Sequence record: NC_070999.1
Length of the DNA: 64,000 nucleotides
Direction: 5' to 3' (one strand)
In this document: positions 8,830 to 19,356 of the stretch, piece after piece
How positions within the stretch are numbered: the first letter of the stretch is position 1
How the letters are laid out: the number at the start of each line of letters is the position of its first letter
The notes under the pieces: model-generated
The model's database searches: none
What the model saw: the letters and a program-made list of their open reading frames with translations, nothing else
What the model was told of the DNA's origin: nothing
Program-made: the position numbers and the translations under genes

Positions 8830-11241
8830 ATGAACGGCGGAACACTTCTAGGTCGTAATAACCAGATGTTTAACAACAATAACAGTAACCAACCGCAAGG
8901 TAATCAGCAACAACCCCAAGGTAATATGAATCAAGGTAATCAGTTGCTTGGTCAATTGATCCAGTTGTCAAAGGGTGGTGCTAACCTTAATCAACAAGGT
9001 GGTGGTTCCAGTAGTCTGTATAACTTTAATAATGGTAGTGATCCGTCTTTTAACCAATTCCTTGATCTTAGCGACGCTCAGAGTAATGAGATCCTTAAGG
9101 GACAATCATTAGCTGAAGCAAGTCAACTTGCTGGTGTGGTTTTGCAACATGGTTTTAGACGTATTCAAGGTCCGTATTACAATGCCATTCGTCAAGGCAT
9201 GGAACTATTCCGTAGATTGGATCGCAATGCTCCGCATTTGGTTGATGATACGAGTGAACTGTTTTATAACCAGATCATGAGTAACAACAATTTATACAAT
9301 CATATTGTTGCTAATAGCTGTTTGCAGCTTTCTGCTTTGGCCGCTATGCGACTAATGAATGGTGAGAATATTCGCGGGAACGCTAATGTAATTACTGAAA
9401 TGATTGTAGATGCGGTTGGCGCGACCTGTGGTCTCCAGTTGCTGGATTGGATTTGTAAGAATCCTAATGGTTCTACCATCTTCCATAACTCCAGTCAGAA
9501 CTTTAAAGCACTCCTTCGTCGTATAGAAGGTTGCTGGGATAGTATCAAAGCTCGATACGATTTTATTCCTGGTTCTGTAATCCCCTGGGAGCGTGGACAG
9601 TTGACGGCTACCATGCGTAAAAATGATCTTCCCAATTACTTGCTTGATGCAAGGATGGGATTTAACTTTGAAGGTTTGATCGGTAACAGTTATCAAGCTG
9701 TACAAGATCTTACTCCTTCTCATCATACTGTTAAAGATCATAATCAGGGTATTGACCCGGCTGGTTACCAATTGATGATGGATTACTTCAATCGTACCAA
9801 GTGTTCTGTTGAAGACGGTACGTATCCAACAGCTCCTAGTAAGGAAGAACGAGTTCAACAACGTCAAGATTATCATAACGTTAATGATTTTGACCGCGAA
9901 GTTAAATCCACTAAGTACTTTACTATGGATACTCGTTTTGATTACCACTTTGACGATTACTTTGTTCAGATTGGTGATACTGGTTGGTACGTTGCTGAGA
10001 ACCAAGTCATGATCGATATCATGTCCAAGTTCACCAACATTAACACTGGTAAGAAATTTGTTAAATCTGAAGTGTTCTACCTTAACCTTGAATGGGTTTC
10101 ACTGTGCCGTTTTGATGTAGCTAACGGAACTGCTGAAATCAAATTCTTACGTATCCCAGGAGAAGATGCATTGAGATTCGCTCTTACAGACCCGAATCGT
10201 GTTCTTCCATTTATGTGGGAACACAATGGAGAAGTTGTTTCTTCGTTTGTTGCTAATCCGGCAGAAACTAATGACTTTGTTCGTGATAATAAAGTTATTA
10301 GTCTGGGTGAAATGCAACCTCTGGAGAAAGAACCGAATATCCTGTCTTCCAGTAATGTAGTTAAAGTAAACTCTGAAAGTGAAGCTTTTGCTAAGGTAGA
10401 CGCTTCTCTGAAGACTTTTGATAGGCAAAATCATCTCGATGCATTCATTATGGCAACTGAACTGAATGCACCGTTTACATTTGAAGAAGGAGTTGAATCA
10501 AAGAAATTCTACGAGATGTTTAACACCTTGGTTATTGGAGAAGAATTGGATTACTCTAATAGCTACGATCTGTTCAAATCTCTGGAACGTAAAGTTAAAC
10601 AGTTCGGTTCTGCTATGTTTGAACAGTTCCTGCGTACTCAACTTACCAACTTGGTTAACCGTTGGTTGAATGAGTGTCGTGGTTTCCCAGCAGAAAACGA
10701 TGGTGTAAACTTCTTTGTTAAACTTGATGATCTGTTTGATGATCTGGATGCTTTCTGTGAGTTGCTGAAGAGCAAAGATCATGAGTCACTTCGCGCTTTC
10801 TTGAATCTGGCTGATAATGAATTCCTGAAAAGTAATTTGCAATTTATCAAACCGGCTAAAGAAACTGAAGAAGATCTGTTTAAGAATGTAGATAAAGATG
10901 ATGCAGTAGCTGTAGCAGTTGCTACTAATGAGTTTGCTCAGTCAGTCGTACTCAAACGTCAAGTTATGATTACCCAACTGAGAAAAGAGATCGGTCCTGT
11001 AAGTAACGATAAAGTAACTTTGATGGAATCACTTTCACCAGCAGTATTTGCTATTGTGAAAGAAGCACGTAAACGTTCCGAGTTGTTGTTTGGACGTCAA
11101 GTTCCTGTGTTGCTGGAATTCGAAACTCCAAGTGGTAATCACACTCGATCCGCTACGTACTGTGACTTTGATCAATCTGTTATGAACATCTCGGCACTGA
11201 AAGGTCTGGGTGAACTTATCTTACTTCGTACTGTAGATTAA
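8830..11241 (+). CDS. Large hypothetical protein with N/Q/G-rich low-complexity N-terminus
   Basis: 803 aa; N-terminus NNQMFNNNNSNQPQGNQQQPQGNMNQGNQ. Confidence 0.85.
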   Translation: MNGGTLLGRNNQMFNNNNSNQPQGNQQQPQGNMNQGNQLLGQLIQLSKGGANLNQQGGGSSSLYNFNNGSDPSFNQFLDLSDAQSNEILKGQSLAEASQLAGVVLQHGFRRIQGPYYNAIRQGMELFRRLDRNAPHLVDDTSELFYNQIMSNNNLYNHIVANSCLQLSALAAMRLMNGENIRGNANVITEMIVDAVGATCGLQLLDWICKNPNGSTIFHNSSQNFKALLRRIEGCWDSIKARYDFIPGSVIPWERGQLTATMRKNDLPNYLLDARMGFNFEGLIGNSYQAVQDLTPSHHTVKDHNQGIDPAGYQLMMDYFNRTKCSVEDGTYPTAPSKEERVQQRQDYHNVNDFDREVKSTKYFTMDTRFDYHFDDYFVQIGDTGWYVAENQVMIDIMSKFTNINTGKKFVKSEVFYLNLEWVSLCRFDVANGTAEIKFLRIPGEDALRFALTDPNRVLPFMWEHNGEVVSSFVANPAETNDFVRDNKVISLGEMQPLEKEPNILSSSNVVKVNSESEAFAKVDASLKTFDRQNHLDAFIMATELNAPFTFEEGVESKKFYEMFNTLVIGEELDYSNSYDLFKSLERKVKQFGSAMFEQFLRTQLTNLVNRWLNECRGFPAENDGVNFFVKLDDLFDDLDAFCELLKSKDHESLRAFLNLADNEFLKSNLQFIKPAKETEEDLFKNVDKDDAVAVAVATNEFAQSVVLKRQVMITQLRKEIGPVSNDKVTLMESLSPAVFAIVKEARKRSELLFGRQVPVLLEFETPSGNHTRSATYCDFDQSVMNISALKGLGELILLRTVD

Positions 11242-11267
11242 AGAGTTATTCGCGAATAAATCTAAAG

Positions 11268-11295
11268 CCTATACCTGGAGTGATCCAGGTATAGG
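11268..11295 (+). terminator. Hairpin terminator
   Basis: cctatacctgga-gtga-tccaggtatagg, 12-bp stem, followed by ctattttg. Confidence 0.8.
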
Positions 11296-11419
11296 TCTAT
11301 TTTGCCGTGTAATTCTTTTTAAGCAATTGTTTATGTTAATCCAACAGAATGTATGGGTTACTTGTTACTATTGTTTAGAAAGCGTTATATAAGCTTTGGT
11401 AATATTTAAGATCCATAGA

Positions 11420-11444
11420 TTTTCAAACCTATATTACTATAGTG
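11420..11444 (+). promoter_or_regulatory. Early-type promoter motif (variant)
   Basis: ttttcaaacctatattactatagtg; contains TATATTAC (11430..11437) and shares the ttttca-N5-atatta architecture of the other copies. Confidence 0.65.
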
Positions 11445-11486
11445 TATAAACATGACAAGTGTTTATCATATTCACATATTTTCCAC

Positions 11487-11501
11487 AAGTCTAGATAAGG
11501 A
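11487..11501 (+). promoter_or_regulatory. AGTCTAGATAA(AA)GGA leader/RBS motif (copy 1)
   Basis: aagtctagataagga fused to the Shine-Dalgarno; recurs at 36495, 51790 and 53931. Confidence 0.6.
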
Positions 11502-11509
11502 ATGCAATC

Positions 11510-11950
11510 ATGAACAACTCCGCTCTGAACCTGAACTCTGACATGAACCAACCAGCACCTACTGTTTCCACTGACACCTCCAATCTAAGTCCGAACAAAT
11601 GGATCGTTGCTGGCGTAGCTATCTCTGCTGCTCTGGCTGTTAACCTGACCGAACAGGTTAAAGAAGATCGATTTGATCTGGTGTCGAACATCGCTACTGT
11701 AAGTGCCGCCGCGGTGGCTGGTGGTGTGTCGTACAAGCTGGCCAAAGACGTTGAAGGTGTACCTACTTCACTGGTGGCTACTATGGCTGGTTCCTTGGGG
11801 ATCCTGTCATCAGTAGTTGTAGCACCTGCTGTAAACGTTCTGGGTAACAAGGTTAAAGATCACTTCTCTACCAAGGTAGAAGAACAACCTGTCTGGATCG
11901 TCGATAACGATGCACTGCAAGAATACCTGGAACAGAAAGAAGTCGCATAA
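11510..11950 (+). CDS. Small putative membrane protein, probably highly expressed
   Basis: 146 aa with 2-3 Ala/Gly/Val-rich hydrophobic segments; capsid-like optimal codon usage. Confidence 0.8.
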   Translation: MNNSALNLNSDMNQPAPTVSTDTSNLSPNKWIVAGVAISAALAVNLTEQVKEDRFDLVSNIATVSAAAVAGGVSYKLAKDVEGVPTSLVATMAGSLGILSSVVVAPAVNVLGNKVKDHFSTKVEEQPVWIVDNDALQEYLEQKEVA

Positions 11951-11958
11951 TAAGTATT

Positions 11959-11984
11959 CCTACCTACCCATTTGGGTAGGTAGG
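11959..11984. terminator. Bidirectional hairpin terminator
   Basis: cctacctaccc-attt-gggtaggtagg between convergent genes. Confidence 0.8.
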
Positions 11985-11994
11985 GAATTATCAA

Positions 11995-12942
11995 TTAATT
12001 GTTTTCAACCCATTTTTTAAGCTTGTTAATAGCGTACCCAATAGTTAAAATTTGTTCATCGCAATGTTTTATCAGAGATGTGTAGTTATTAGAGCACTGA
12101 ACCATGAGTTTACAAAAAGCTTCAATATGTTTACCTCTATTATTAAGAGTCTCGTCTTTGTAGTTAGCAAAGGTCCTTGCCAACTCGTTATTAAATTCAA
12201 GATCCTTAGTTAGTTCATCTAGTCCCTCGGTCGCGATAGTCCGCATTTCTTGATAAAGTTTTTGTAACTTTACAAGTGGGTTCACAGAGTCGAACAAAAA
12301 CGTGACAGTTTTATAAATCGTTGTGTTATTTTCATTACCCTGCTCGGATGATAAACTTAATATTTCTTTTTGAATTTTTGTAAGCTTGCTGTATTTAAAA
12401 TCAGGGTCGGTTATTTTTGGTCCTGGCATACGCTCAATGTCGTGCCATTTCAATCTCAATTCCGACCCGCCGGAAACGTACTTCTCCACAAAGTTATGAT
12501 ACCGGTCGAATGTAACCAGTACTTCTTTGCCAGTTAGAAGATTCTCTACCTTTTTTAATTGCCTCTTGGCACTCTCCATAGCTTCTTGAGTTAGACCCGT
12601 AATTTCCACTGGTTTAACATTGGTTAAAAAAGTTAGTTGACTCTTAGTACTTTTTACAGCATCATCAATAGTTTTAGTTTGTTTAGAACCTTTACTACCA
12701 AAGAAGAAATCACGAATTGCTTTCAAGAAGTTCTTAATCATTTCATAGACTTTTTGAGCACCTGCTTTCACAGTACTTACAAATCCTTCGGTTCCTGCTC
12801 GGTGTTTAAAATCTACACCGTTGAGTTTAAGAACAGTTTTAGCATAAACAGAATCTGGAGAAGTAAGATCACCATTAGAAAGAGATTCAAAACCAGTTAA
12901 AGTACTTAATACGTGTTCAAGATTATCAATATTAACATTCAT
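11995..12942 (-). CDS. Putative internal head (ejection/inner-body-type) protein
   Basis: 315 aa; GFES and GTEG putative protease sites followed by amphipathic helix KVYEMIKNFLKAIRDFFFG. Confidence 0.65.
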   Translation of the reverse strand: MNVNIDNLEHVLSTLTGFESLSNGDLTSPDSVYAKTVLKLNGVDFKHRAGTEGFVSTVKAGAQKVYEMIKNFLKAIRDFFFGSKGSKQTKTIDDAVKSTKSQLTFLTNVKPVEITGLTQEAMESAKRQLKKVENLLTGKEVLVTFDRYHNFVEKYVSGGSELRLKWHDIERMPGPKITDPDFKYSKLTKIQKEILSLSSEQGNENNTTIYKTVTFLFDSVNPLVKLQKLYQEMRTIATEGLDELTKDLEFNNELARTFANYKDETLNNRGKHIEAFCKLMVQCSNNYTSLIKHCDEQILTIGYAINKLKKWVENN

Positions 12943-12984
12943 TTACTTTATTTCCTTTTAGTTAAATACAAATCATTTATAAAG

Positions 12985-13015
12985 TTATACACCTACCAAT
13001 AAGGTAGGTGTATAA
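12985..13015 (-). terminator. Hairpin terminator after portal gene
   Basis: ttatacacctacc-aataa-ggtaggtgtataa, 13-bp stem. Confidence 0.8.
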
Positions 13016-13033
13016 ATATTAGTTATTTTTTTT

Positions 13034-15961
13034 TTATTCTTCGTCAGGAAGTTTATCCTCGGGAACTACTTCTTCCTCATCATTTTCATCAGAGGTGTTT
13101 TCGTCTACCACGATATCAGGATCGGCTGCCGGTAATTCATCTTCAGCAAATGGATCAGTGTCGTTACTATCACCGCTTAAGAATGAATCTCCGCCACCCA
13201 TTGGATCTACTTGAGTTTCATCGACACCAGGTTCATTACCTTCCGGTTCATCAAACTTGGTATCTTGTTTCTCTTTCTTCTCAACGAGCTTCTTCATTTC
13301 CCTACGAGGTTTCTCTTGACCTTTGACATACTCACCAAGGAACTTAATTACGTTACATTGCAAGTTAGTAATATCATTTACCATACTCAACATACCACCG
13401 CCATCACCATTATTAAGAATCATCTCAAATGGAGAAGGAATGTTAAAACGCTCAAACGCATGTTGTAACAAAGCGGCTTTAATCTGACCAAGAAGTTCAT
13501 CAGGCTCAATATTAAGTTCTTCAGCTTTCTTCTCAATGAACTTAACACCACCACCCATTTCAATCCAAGCAGAAACAAGTTTATTAATAGATTCGATCTT
13601 ATCTTCGATCTTGTTAATAGTCTCGTTGATAGCCGGAGAAGGAAGTTCCACAAAGAAGTTATTGATAAAGTCAAGTAAGACCATTTCAACGTCATCAATT
13701 TCCTGAGATTGTTCTTCAGGAGTAATAACTTCTACACCGTCACCTTCAACGTTCTCAGGATCCTGTTCTTCTTCCTTTTTCTTCTTACCTTTCTTAGTTC
13801 CTTCTACTTCCAACTCTTGTGCTTCTTCTTTTACTTCTTCAGAATCACGTTGAGCATGAAGAGAACCAGTTTGATCAGGTTTACTATAAAGAGCTTTGTT
13901 CTCTTTAATAATAGTAATTAGATCTGTAAGAAGTGGTTCGTTACACCTAATGTGTTTCTTCATAAAGTCTGAGAAGAAACCACTAAACAAGCGAGACCAT
14001 TCAGCAGTTTGGTTACGAAGTAGTTCTTGATCAGCAAGAGCTTCAATCGCGAAGTCATTACCTTCACCAGTATCTTCCAACCAACTACGTTTCAAGCAGA
14101 AGTAACCTGCAATGGTGTTAAGCAAGCCTTCTTTACTAGACGGGTCAATAGTCTTCAAAGGTTCACGTTGCATCTGACTAGTTTCGATAGTAGGTGCAAT
14201 AACATGTTTGTTATCACCAGCATCTACCTTAATAGTCAGACTCTGTTCCTTAAAGCGATCCAATACAGCATCAATACTAACGTTGTTATAGCCCATGATA
14301 TCGTGAAGAGTCGGGTTGTTAGCGAAGTACTCATCACGCACCAGTGCAATAGTGTTACGAGCATTGACATCTTCTTTCTCTAAACCAATACGCAGTTCAG
14401 AGTGAGAAATTGCATTCTCAACGTTAGCCAATATATCAGCAGTTTCCAGAATAGCTAAACGAGTAATGTGAAGTTTAGCTTCTTCAACCAAAGAACGACC
14501 AATACCAGCGTTAGAGAAGTCCACAGCTATATAAGTAACGTATTCGGCAGGAACAAATACACAACGCACACCTTGCTGTTTAAATGCACGAGATAAGAAT
14601 AGTTTCTTATTATTCTCGCTCAGTGAAACAGTTACAGATTTCTCCAGATCGCCATTAATGAAACCTTCAATGAACTCTTTCTCCAAAATAGCGGAGCTCA
14701 TTTCTACCATCCACTCCATGTCAAGATTACACTCTTCACCTTGAGCAATCTGACGGATATGGTTAGCCATTTCATTAACTGAACCAAAAGCTGGACGTTG
14801 TGTTCCGCCTGTATTATAAAACTTACTATCGCTAGTAGATTTCAGGTATTCGCCAGTCTTAGGATCTACCATTAAGATATAACCAAATGGTTTACCAATC
14901 TCACCGTTTACATGAACTGGAATACATGCTTCACTAGGAATGTGATAAGTGACACCTAACCCACGACCAGTACCAGTGTAGAACTTACTTTGACGAACAG
15001 AGAGATGTTCATTATAAGCAAAGTTACGATTAGGATATAACTTACTTAATTGTTGATCTAAAGATTTCTTCTCAGCAATAGCTACATTATTGGCATTAGC
15101 TTTATGACGAGTATGTTTCTTTTTCTCAAAGACATTACCCAACACAGTTTGCAGAGTTTCTTGACCAGCTAAACTTGCTAAGCGATCTGCTCTGAGTTTC
15201 TGTTTAACTTCACCAACTTTTAATACGTTTACGTTATCGGTGAAAGTCCAACCTAATGCGTCATTAACTAAGTTATACTCAGCGCCAGCTTCAGGGAGTT
15301 TACCATACAGTGATTCAAAACCAGTTAGCTCATTAGCTGGTTTAGTTTTACGAATAAACCCGATGTTACGAACTTTGGTGTAAGTTTCATCAGCATAAAT
15401 CTGACTCAGTTGAGCAGTAGCGACAGTTTTGAAACTTTCTGTACCAGCGAGTTCATAACCATTAATAAGATGGTCCAAAGCTGAATGAGGAAGGTTTAAC
15501 AAGACATATGAACCGGTACGGCACAGAACGTCTTTAATAATTTGAGCTGGCATTTCTTCAAATGGATATTCTACTGTAAAGTAGTTTTCTACTCTTTGTA
15601 GTAATGCATCATGCAACTTACCATTTTTTACAGCAGAACTAGTGGTGTCATACTGTAGAATATCTTGATTACCATTTGGTTTAAGAAGTAGTGTAGTCCA
15701 GATCTGTTCAGCACGTTTGATGTAATGTGTAACAGTGCGAAGATCATTCGCAGCTTGGATATTACTACTGATAATTTCTGATAAACGTTTAACTTTACGA
15801 ATAGGAGCCTTGGCGCTCTCTTCTACCCGTTTTTCGCTACGGTGTTCCCTGTCTCTTACTAACAGTGATTGTAATCCTTTCTCCAAAGGAGAGGGGTTCT
15901 TTGTCCTGTTACTAAGAGCAGCGCGATCAATCGGTTTAAAACCTTTCGGTAGTCCACTCAC
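13034..15961 (-). CDS. Portal protein, phiKZ gp129-like
   Basis: 975 aa, GTG start with GGGAG SD; GTES/GFES/GQET putative cleavage sites; acidic C-terminal tail; divergent from a gp128-like gene. Confidence 0.8.
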   Translation of the reverse strand: MSGLPKGFKPIDRAALSNRTKNPSPLEKGLQSLLVRDREHRSEKRVEESAKAPIRKVKRLSEIISSNIQAANDLRTVTHYIKRAEQIWTTLLLKPNGNQDILQYDTTSSAVKNGKLHDALLQRVENYFTVEYPFEEMPAQIIKDVLCRTGSYVLLNLPHSALDHLINGYELAGTESFKTVATAQLSQIYADETYTKVRNIGFIRKTKPANELTGFESLYGKLPEAGAEYNLVNDALGWTFTDNVNVLKVGEVKQKLRADRLASLAGQETLQTVLGNVFEKKKHTRHKANANNVAIAEKKSLDQQLSKLYPNRNFAYNEHLSVRQSKFYTGTGRGLGVTYHIPSEACIPVHVNGEIGKPFGYILMVDPKTGEYLKSTSDSKFYNTGGTQRPAFGSVNEMANHIRQIAQGEECNLDMEWMVEMSSAILEKEFIEGFINGDLEKSVTVSLSENNKKLFLSRAFKQQGVRCVFVPAEYVTYIAVDFSNAGIGRSLVEEAKLHITRLAILETADILANVENAISHSELRIGLEKEDVNARNTIALVRDEYFANNPTLHDIMGYNNVSIDAVLDRFKEQSLTIKVDAGDNKHVIAPTIETSQMQREPLKTIDPSSKEGLLNTIAGYFCLKRSWLEDTGEGNDFAIEALADQELLRNQTAEWSRLFSGFFSDFMKKHIRCNEPLLTDLITIIKENKALYSKPDQTGSLHAQRDSEEVKEEAQELEVEGTKKGKKKKEEEQDPENVEGDGVEVITPEEQSQEIDDVEMVLLDFINNFFVELPSPAINETINKIEDKIESINKLVSAWIEMGGGVKFIEKKAEELNIEPDELLGQIKAALLQHAFERFNIPSPFEMILNNGDGGGMLSMVNDITNLQCNVIKFLGEYVKGQEKPRREMKKLVEKKEKQDTKFDEPEGNEPGVDETQVDPMGGGDSFLSGDSNDTDPFAEDELPAADPDIVVDENTSDENDEEEVVPEDKLPDEE

Positions 15962-15987
15962 GTTTATATTCTCCCTTAGGAAACATT

Positions 15988-18096
15988 ATGCTAGACAATG
16001 TAGAGTTTAACGCTTATATCCAAAAGACGATCGCATTCGCTCGTACTATTGTGATTAAGTGTGAAGATCTCGCATTGCTTGATAACCGGTTGATGGAACA
16101 GTACTACGGGATTAACTCCGGGACAGATAAGTCCAAATGGCGTTATTATCTCCACCTCAATGGCGAGTATCATAGCACTGATGAGATCATGAAAGTTCAG
16201 TCACTAGATAATAGTGACGTTATTGATTTTACAAAGGCTAATCTGGATATTCATCCAGCCACTAAACGTGCATATAGACTAGGTAGTTACTACTACACTA
16301 GACTTACGGAAAAATATCCAGCTCAGTCTAATTTAATTAATGGTATTATAAACCCGATTCCGCCTTCGGAATCCATACCAGCAAATAATTACCAAATCCT
16401 AAGATATAACAAAGATTATGTCCTTTGGAATGAGTATCAGTTGATTCCTGCTTTGCAAGAACATATTAATACCATGGTAATGACATCTTTCAAAACTGAG
16501 TATCTGTATACAGATAACTTGATGTTAACTATTTTGCTAGGTAATTTATATGCTTCTCTAGTCTCAGCCATTTTGATGATTAGGGAAGAGGCCGAAGGCA
16601 CACGGTATGTACACGAATTCCACATCTGGTCAAAGTTAACAAGTCATGGTATTAGTCCGATTTATAAATCGGTTCTTGATAACAAACAAACCATGTGGCT
16701 TTATCGTAATATCGATTGGGTACTTCGTAAACAAGGTAGAATCCAAACCTTTGACTCTTTAGTGGATATTATTCTTACTCATAGAAACATTCCATTAGCA
16801 AGACATGAGGCTCTACAAACTACTACCGACCAGTTAGAGAAGTTAATCCCTACTCCTGCGTTTATTTCTAGACCAGTTAACTTACAGAATAAACTTGGTT
16901 TATCAAGTCGGATGTTAACCGTTAATGAGTTAATTGTTAAGGAAAATAAAGTAGCAATTGATAACGCACAGGAAGAGTCCTACAGCATCGCAACTGCTGA
17001 ATACGACATCTCTACTGGTGTGCACTCAGACATCCCCACAAAGGTGTTAGAGTCAACTATGGTGGATGCTACAGATCGCAATCCAAATACGATCATGAGA
17101 GTTCTTCATAATCACTGGATTTATTTAACGGGCAATGATCTTTATCAAATCAACCACGATTTTGTTGACTTTAGAACTGGAACACACTTTAAATTATCTA
17201 CTAAAGATGCCTACATTCTCTGGGCTTACTTACTAGATAGAAATAGAAAAACCACTCAAGAGTTTATTCCAGCTTACACTTACTTTAACGTAAGGAAAAT
17301 CCTACCTCCCAACTACCTTGTATTAATGGGATTGGGAGATAAAGATATTCTTACTGAGGATGTTGCAAAAGACATTCTTAAAGTAACTGTTGAGTATTCA
17401 AGGATTATTTCTCCTGATGTGTTTTTCCTTAAAGCAAAAGAGATCTTTGATAAACAGTGGGATCATCGTAAACTCTATTCCAGAGTACTAAACCTTTTTA
17501 CTCACACCAGAGTTAAAAATGCGGTAGAGAGTTTATATGAAACTGGTGCTGTTAAGTTAACCAATGAAACACGTTATAAAGATTGGTTGACTAAACTAGA
17601 ACTTAACTTTGATGATTACAGTGAAGACGATTGTTTAGAATTAGCTTGGAACATCTGGAAGAAAGTGACTGGATGGGAAAACGCTGCATTCATGACAATT
17701 GCCGATCAACAGAAACAGTTGATTAACTTGATGAGAGATCTCACCAGTTACACTGTCCAGTACATCGGTTCTACTACTGAGGGTGAGGTAGAAGGACAAA
17801 TCCAGTTAATGGATTTAGTTGATTCTGATATTTGGTCTCCTAATTCAGAAACTGGATTAGAGTCTGATAATAAAGATCAACTTGTACTAGATGCATTAAA
17901 GGGTACTAAAGAAGCTAGTTTAACAGCTAAGGAGTATCGAGGTTCCGCAGAAGGTAATATGGTAGATCACTTAGAGATCGAATCGATTGGTTCTGGTGAT
18001 ATTCCTATTAATAGTTATTTGAAATACGTAGAAGTTGAACCTGATTTCTCTCCATTCCATTTAAATGTCGGGTTAAGGCTTCGAGAAGCTGTTTAA
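15988..18096 (+). CDS. Virion structural protein, phiKZ gp128-like
   Basis: 702 aa; WRYYLHLNGEYH-type segment; head-to-head with portal as in phiKZ relatives. Confidence 0.7.
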   Translation: MLDNVEFNAYIQKTIAFARTIVIKCEDLALLDNRLMEQYYGINSGTDKSKWRYYLHLNGEYHSTDEIMKVQSLDNSDVIDFTKANLDIHPATKRAYRLGSYYYTRLTEKYPAQSNLINGIINPIPPSESIPANNYQILRYNKDYVLWNEYQLIPALQEHINTMVMTSFKTEYLYTDNLMLTILLGNLYASLVSAILMIREEAEGTRYVHEFHIWSKLTSHGISPIYKSVLDNKQTMWLYRNIDWVLRKQGRIQTFDSLVDIILTHRNIPLARHEALQTTTDQLEKLIPTPAFISRPVNLQNKLGLSSRMLTVNELIVKENKVAIDNAQEESYSIATAEYDISTGVHSDIPTKVLESTMVDATDRNPNTIMRVLHNHWIYLTGNDLYQINHDFVDFRTGTHFKLSTKDAYILWAYLLDRNRKTTQEFIPAYTYFNVRKILPPNYLVLMGLGDKDILTEDVAKDILKVTVEYSRIISPDVFFLKAKEIFDKQWDHRKLYSRVLNLFTHTRVKNAVESLYETGAVKLTNETRYKDWLTKLELNFDDYSEDDCLELAWNIWKKVTGWENAAFMTIADQQKQLINLMRDLTSYTVQYIGSTTEGEVEGQIQLMDLVDSDIWSPNSETGLESDNKDQLVLDALKGTKEASLTAKEYRGSAEGNMVDHLEIESIGSGDIPINSYLKYVEVEPDFSPFHLNVGLRLREAV

Positions 18097-18104
18097 GGAT
18101 AAAG

Positions 18105-18425
18105 ATGCAACGACTAAAAGACCGTTATCCTGATAGTCGTTCTTTCCATGTATTGGCTAATCAAGAACAGGAAGTTCTACTCCTACTTGATAACAGACAT
18201 GTGAAACACGAAAAGGATAACTTAGCATATCTCACCGGAATACTAGATAAAACGAATAAACCTGATTTAAATGAGCGTGATGTAGTTAGTCACGTATTTG
18301 AAAAGTATCCGTTTTTGTATTCTGAAGATATTGAAAAGATTCAAGAGTTCGAAAACTACTTTACAGTAAGTGTTTATCCTAATACACTTATTCACTTTGG
18401 ACAGTTTAATATCTATAAGGGTTAA
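18105..18425 (+). CDS. Hypothetical protein
   Basis: 106 aa, AAGGA SD, operonic spacing. Confidence 0.75.
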   Translation: MQRLKDRYPDSRSFHVLANQEQEVLLLLDNRHVKHEKDNLAYLTGILDKTNKPDLNERDVVSHVFEKYPFLYSEDIEKIQEFENYFTVSVYPNTLIHFGQFNIYKG

Positions 18426-18427
18426 TC

Positions 18428-19345
18428 ATGGTAGATGTAATTGATAATGGTCGCACTAAGAGTAAACTCCCAAGCCAACTGATCTCTCCTACTGCATTTG
18501 GTACGGTAGTTTCAGCTGCTGTGAACTGTAAACAACCTTTTAATGTTCCGGCTAATACTACTCTCAATGAGAAATACGATGTTCTTGCTGTTGAATCAGT
18601 TGGCATGAAACACGGTAAGGATTTCAGTCTAGGTTATTACGGTATTGGCATTGGTGGTTCTCGTTCAGTAGGTGCCGATACCAATGGCTTGGAAGGTCGT
18701 AAGGTATATCAACACAAAGCTACCGACCAAGCTGGTTTCTACCCAATTCCCTTCCTGATCCGTACCATTGATAATGACATTGATCCAGCTATTCGCGAAA
18801 ACTATCGAATGCGTGTAGTTCGTAAGATCGGTGAAATTACTTATGTAATGTATTATCTTAAGAAGATCGGATTCCAGTTGTTCGATCCGTCTGTTAAGAT
18901 CGGTACTCGTGATGAGACTACTGGTAATGAAACCGAATATCCTTACGAGTATAAGAAGGAAGATCTTTCCCCTACTCCGTATGAACTTCTCACTACTGAT
19001 AGCATCCCGCTTTCCAATACTTATGCTAATGGCACTGGTAAACTGGATCTCTCTTTGAACAGTAGTGATCTTAATGAGATCCGTAACGTCTGTACCATTC
19101 TCTTTAACGACGTTACTAAAGCCGCTATCAATGAGATGTATTTGGTACATGGGATTGAAACTACCTTCGATGGTCAAATTGGTTCCGGCGGTACTGTTAA
19201 CTATAAAGAGCTTCTTTCAGCAGTAACTAGTTTCACTATTACTGAAGCTTGGGCTCGTGATGCTAATGCTAACTCCACCATGCCTTGGTATTTCCATATT
19301 GGCAACTCTCTGCCTATGTTAGTTGCTCAAGACGCTTTAGTATAA
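18428..19345 (+). CDS. Virion structural protein
   Basis: 305 aa, Gly-rich GYYGIGIGGS segment, within the late structural operon. Confidence 0.65.
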   Translation: MVDVIDNGRTKSKLPSQLISPTAFGTVVSAAVNCKQPFNVPANTTLNEKYDVLAVESVGMKHGKDFSLGYYGIGIGGSRSVGADTNGLEGRKVYQHKATDQAGFYPIPFLIRTIDNDIDPAIRENYRMRVVRKIGEITYVMYYLKKIGFQLFDPSVKIGTRDETTGNETEYPYEYKKEDLSPTPYELLTTDSIPLSNTYANGTGKLDLSLNSSDLNEIRNVCTILFNDVTKAAINEMYLVHGIETTFDGQIGSGGTVNYKELLSAVTSFTITEAWARDANANSTMPWYFHIGNSLPMLVAQDALV

Positions 19346-19356
19346 AGGGGTATTCA

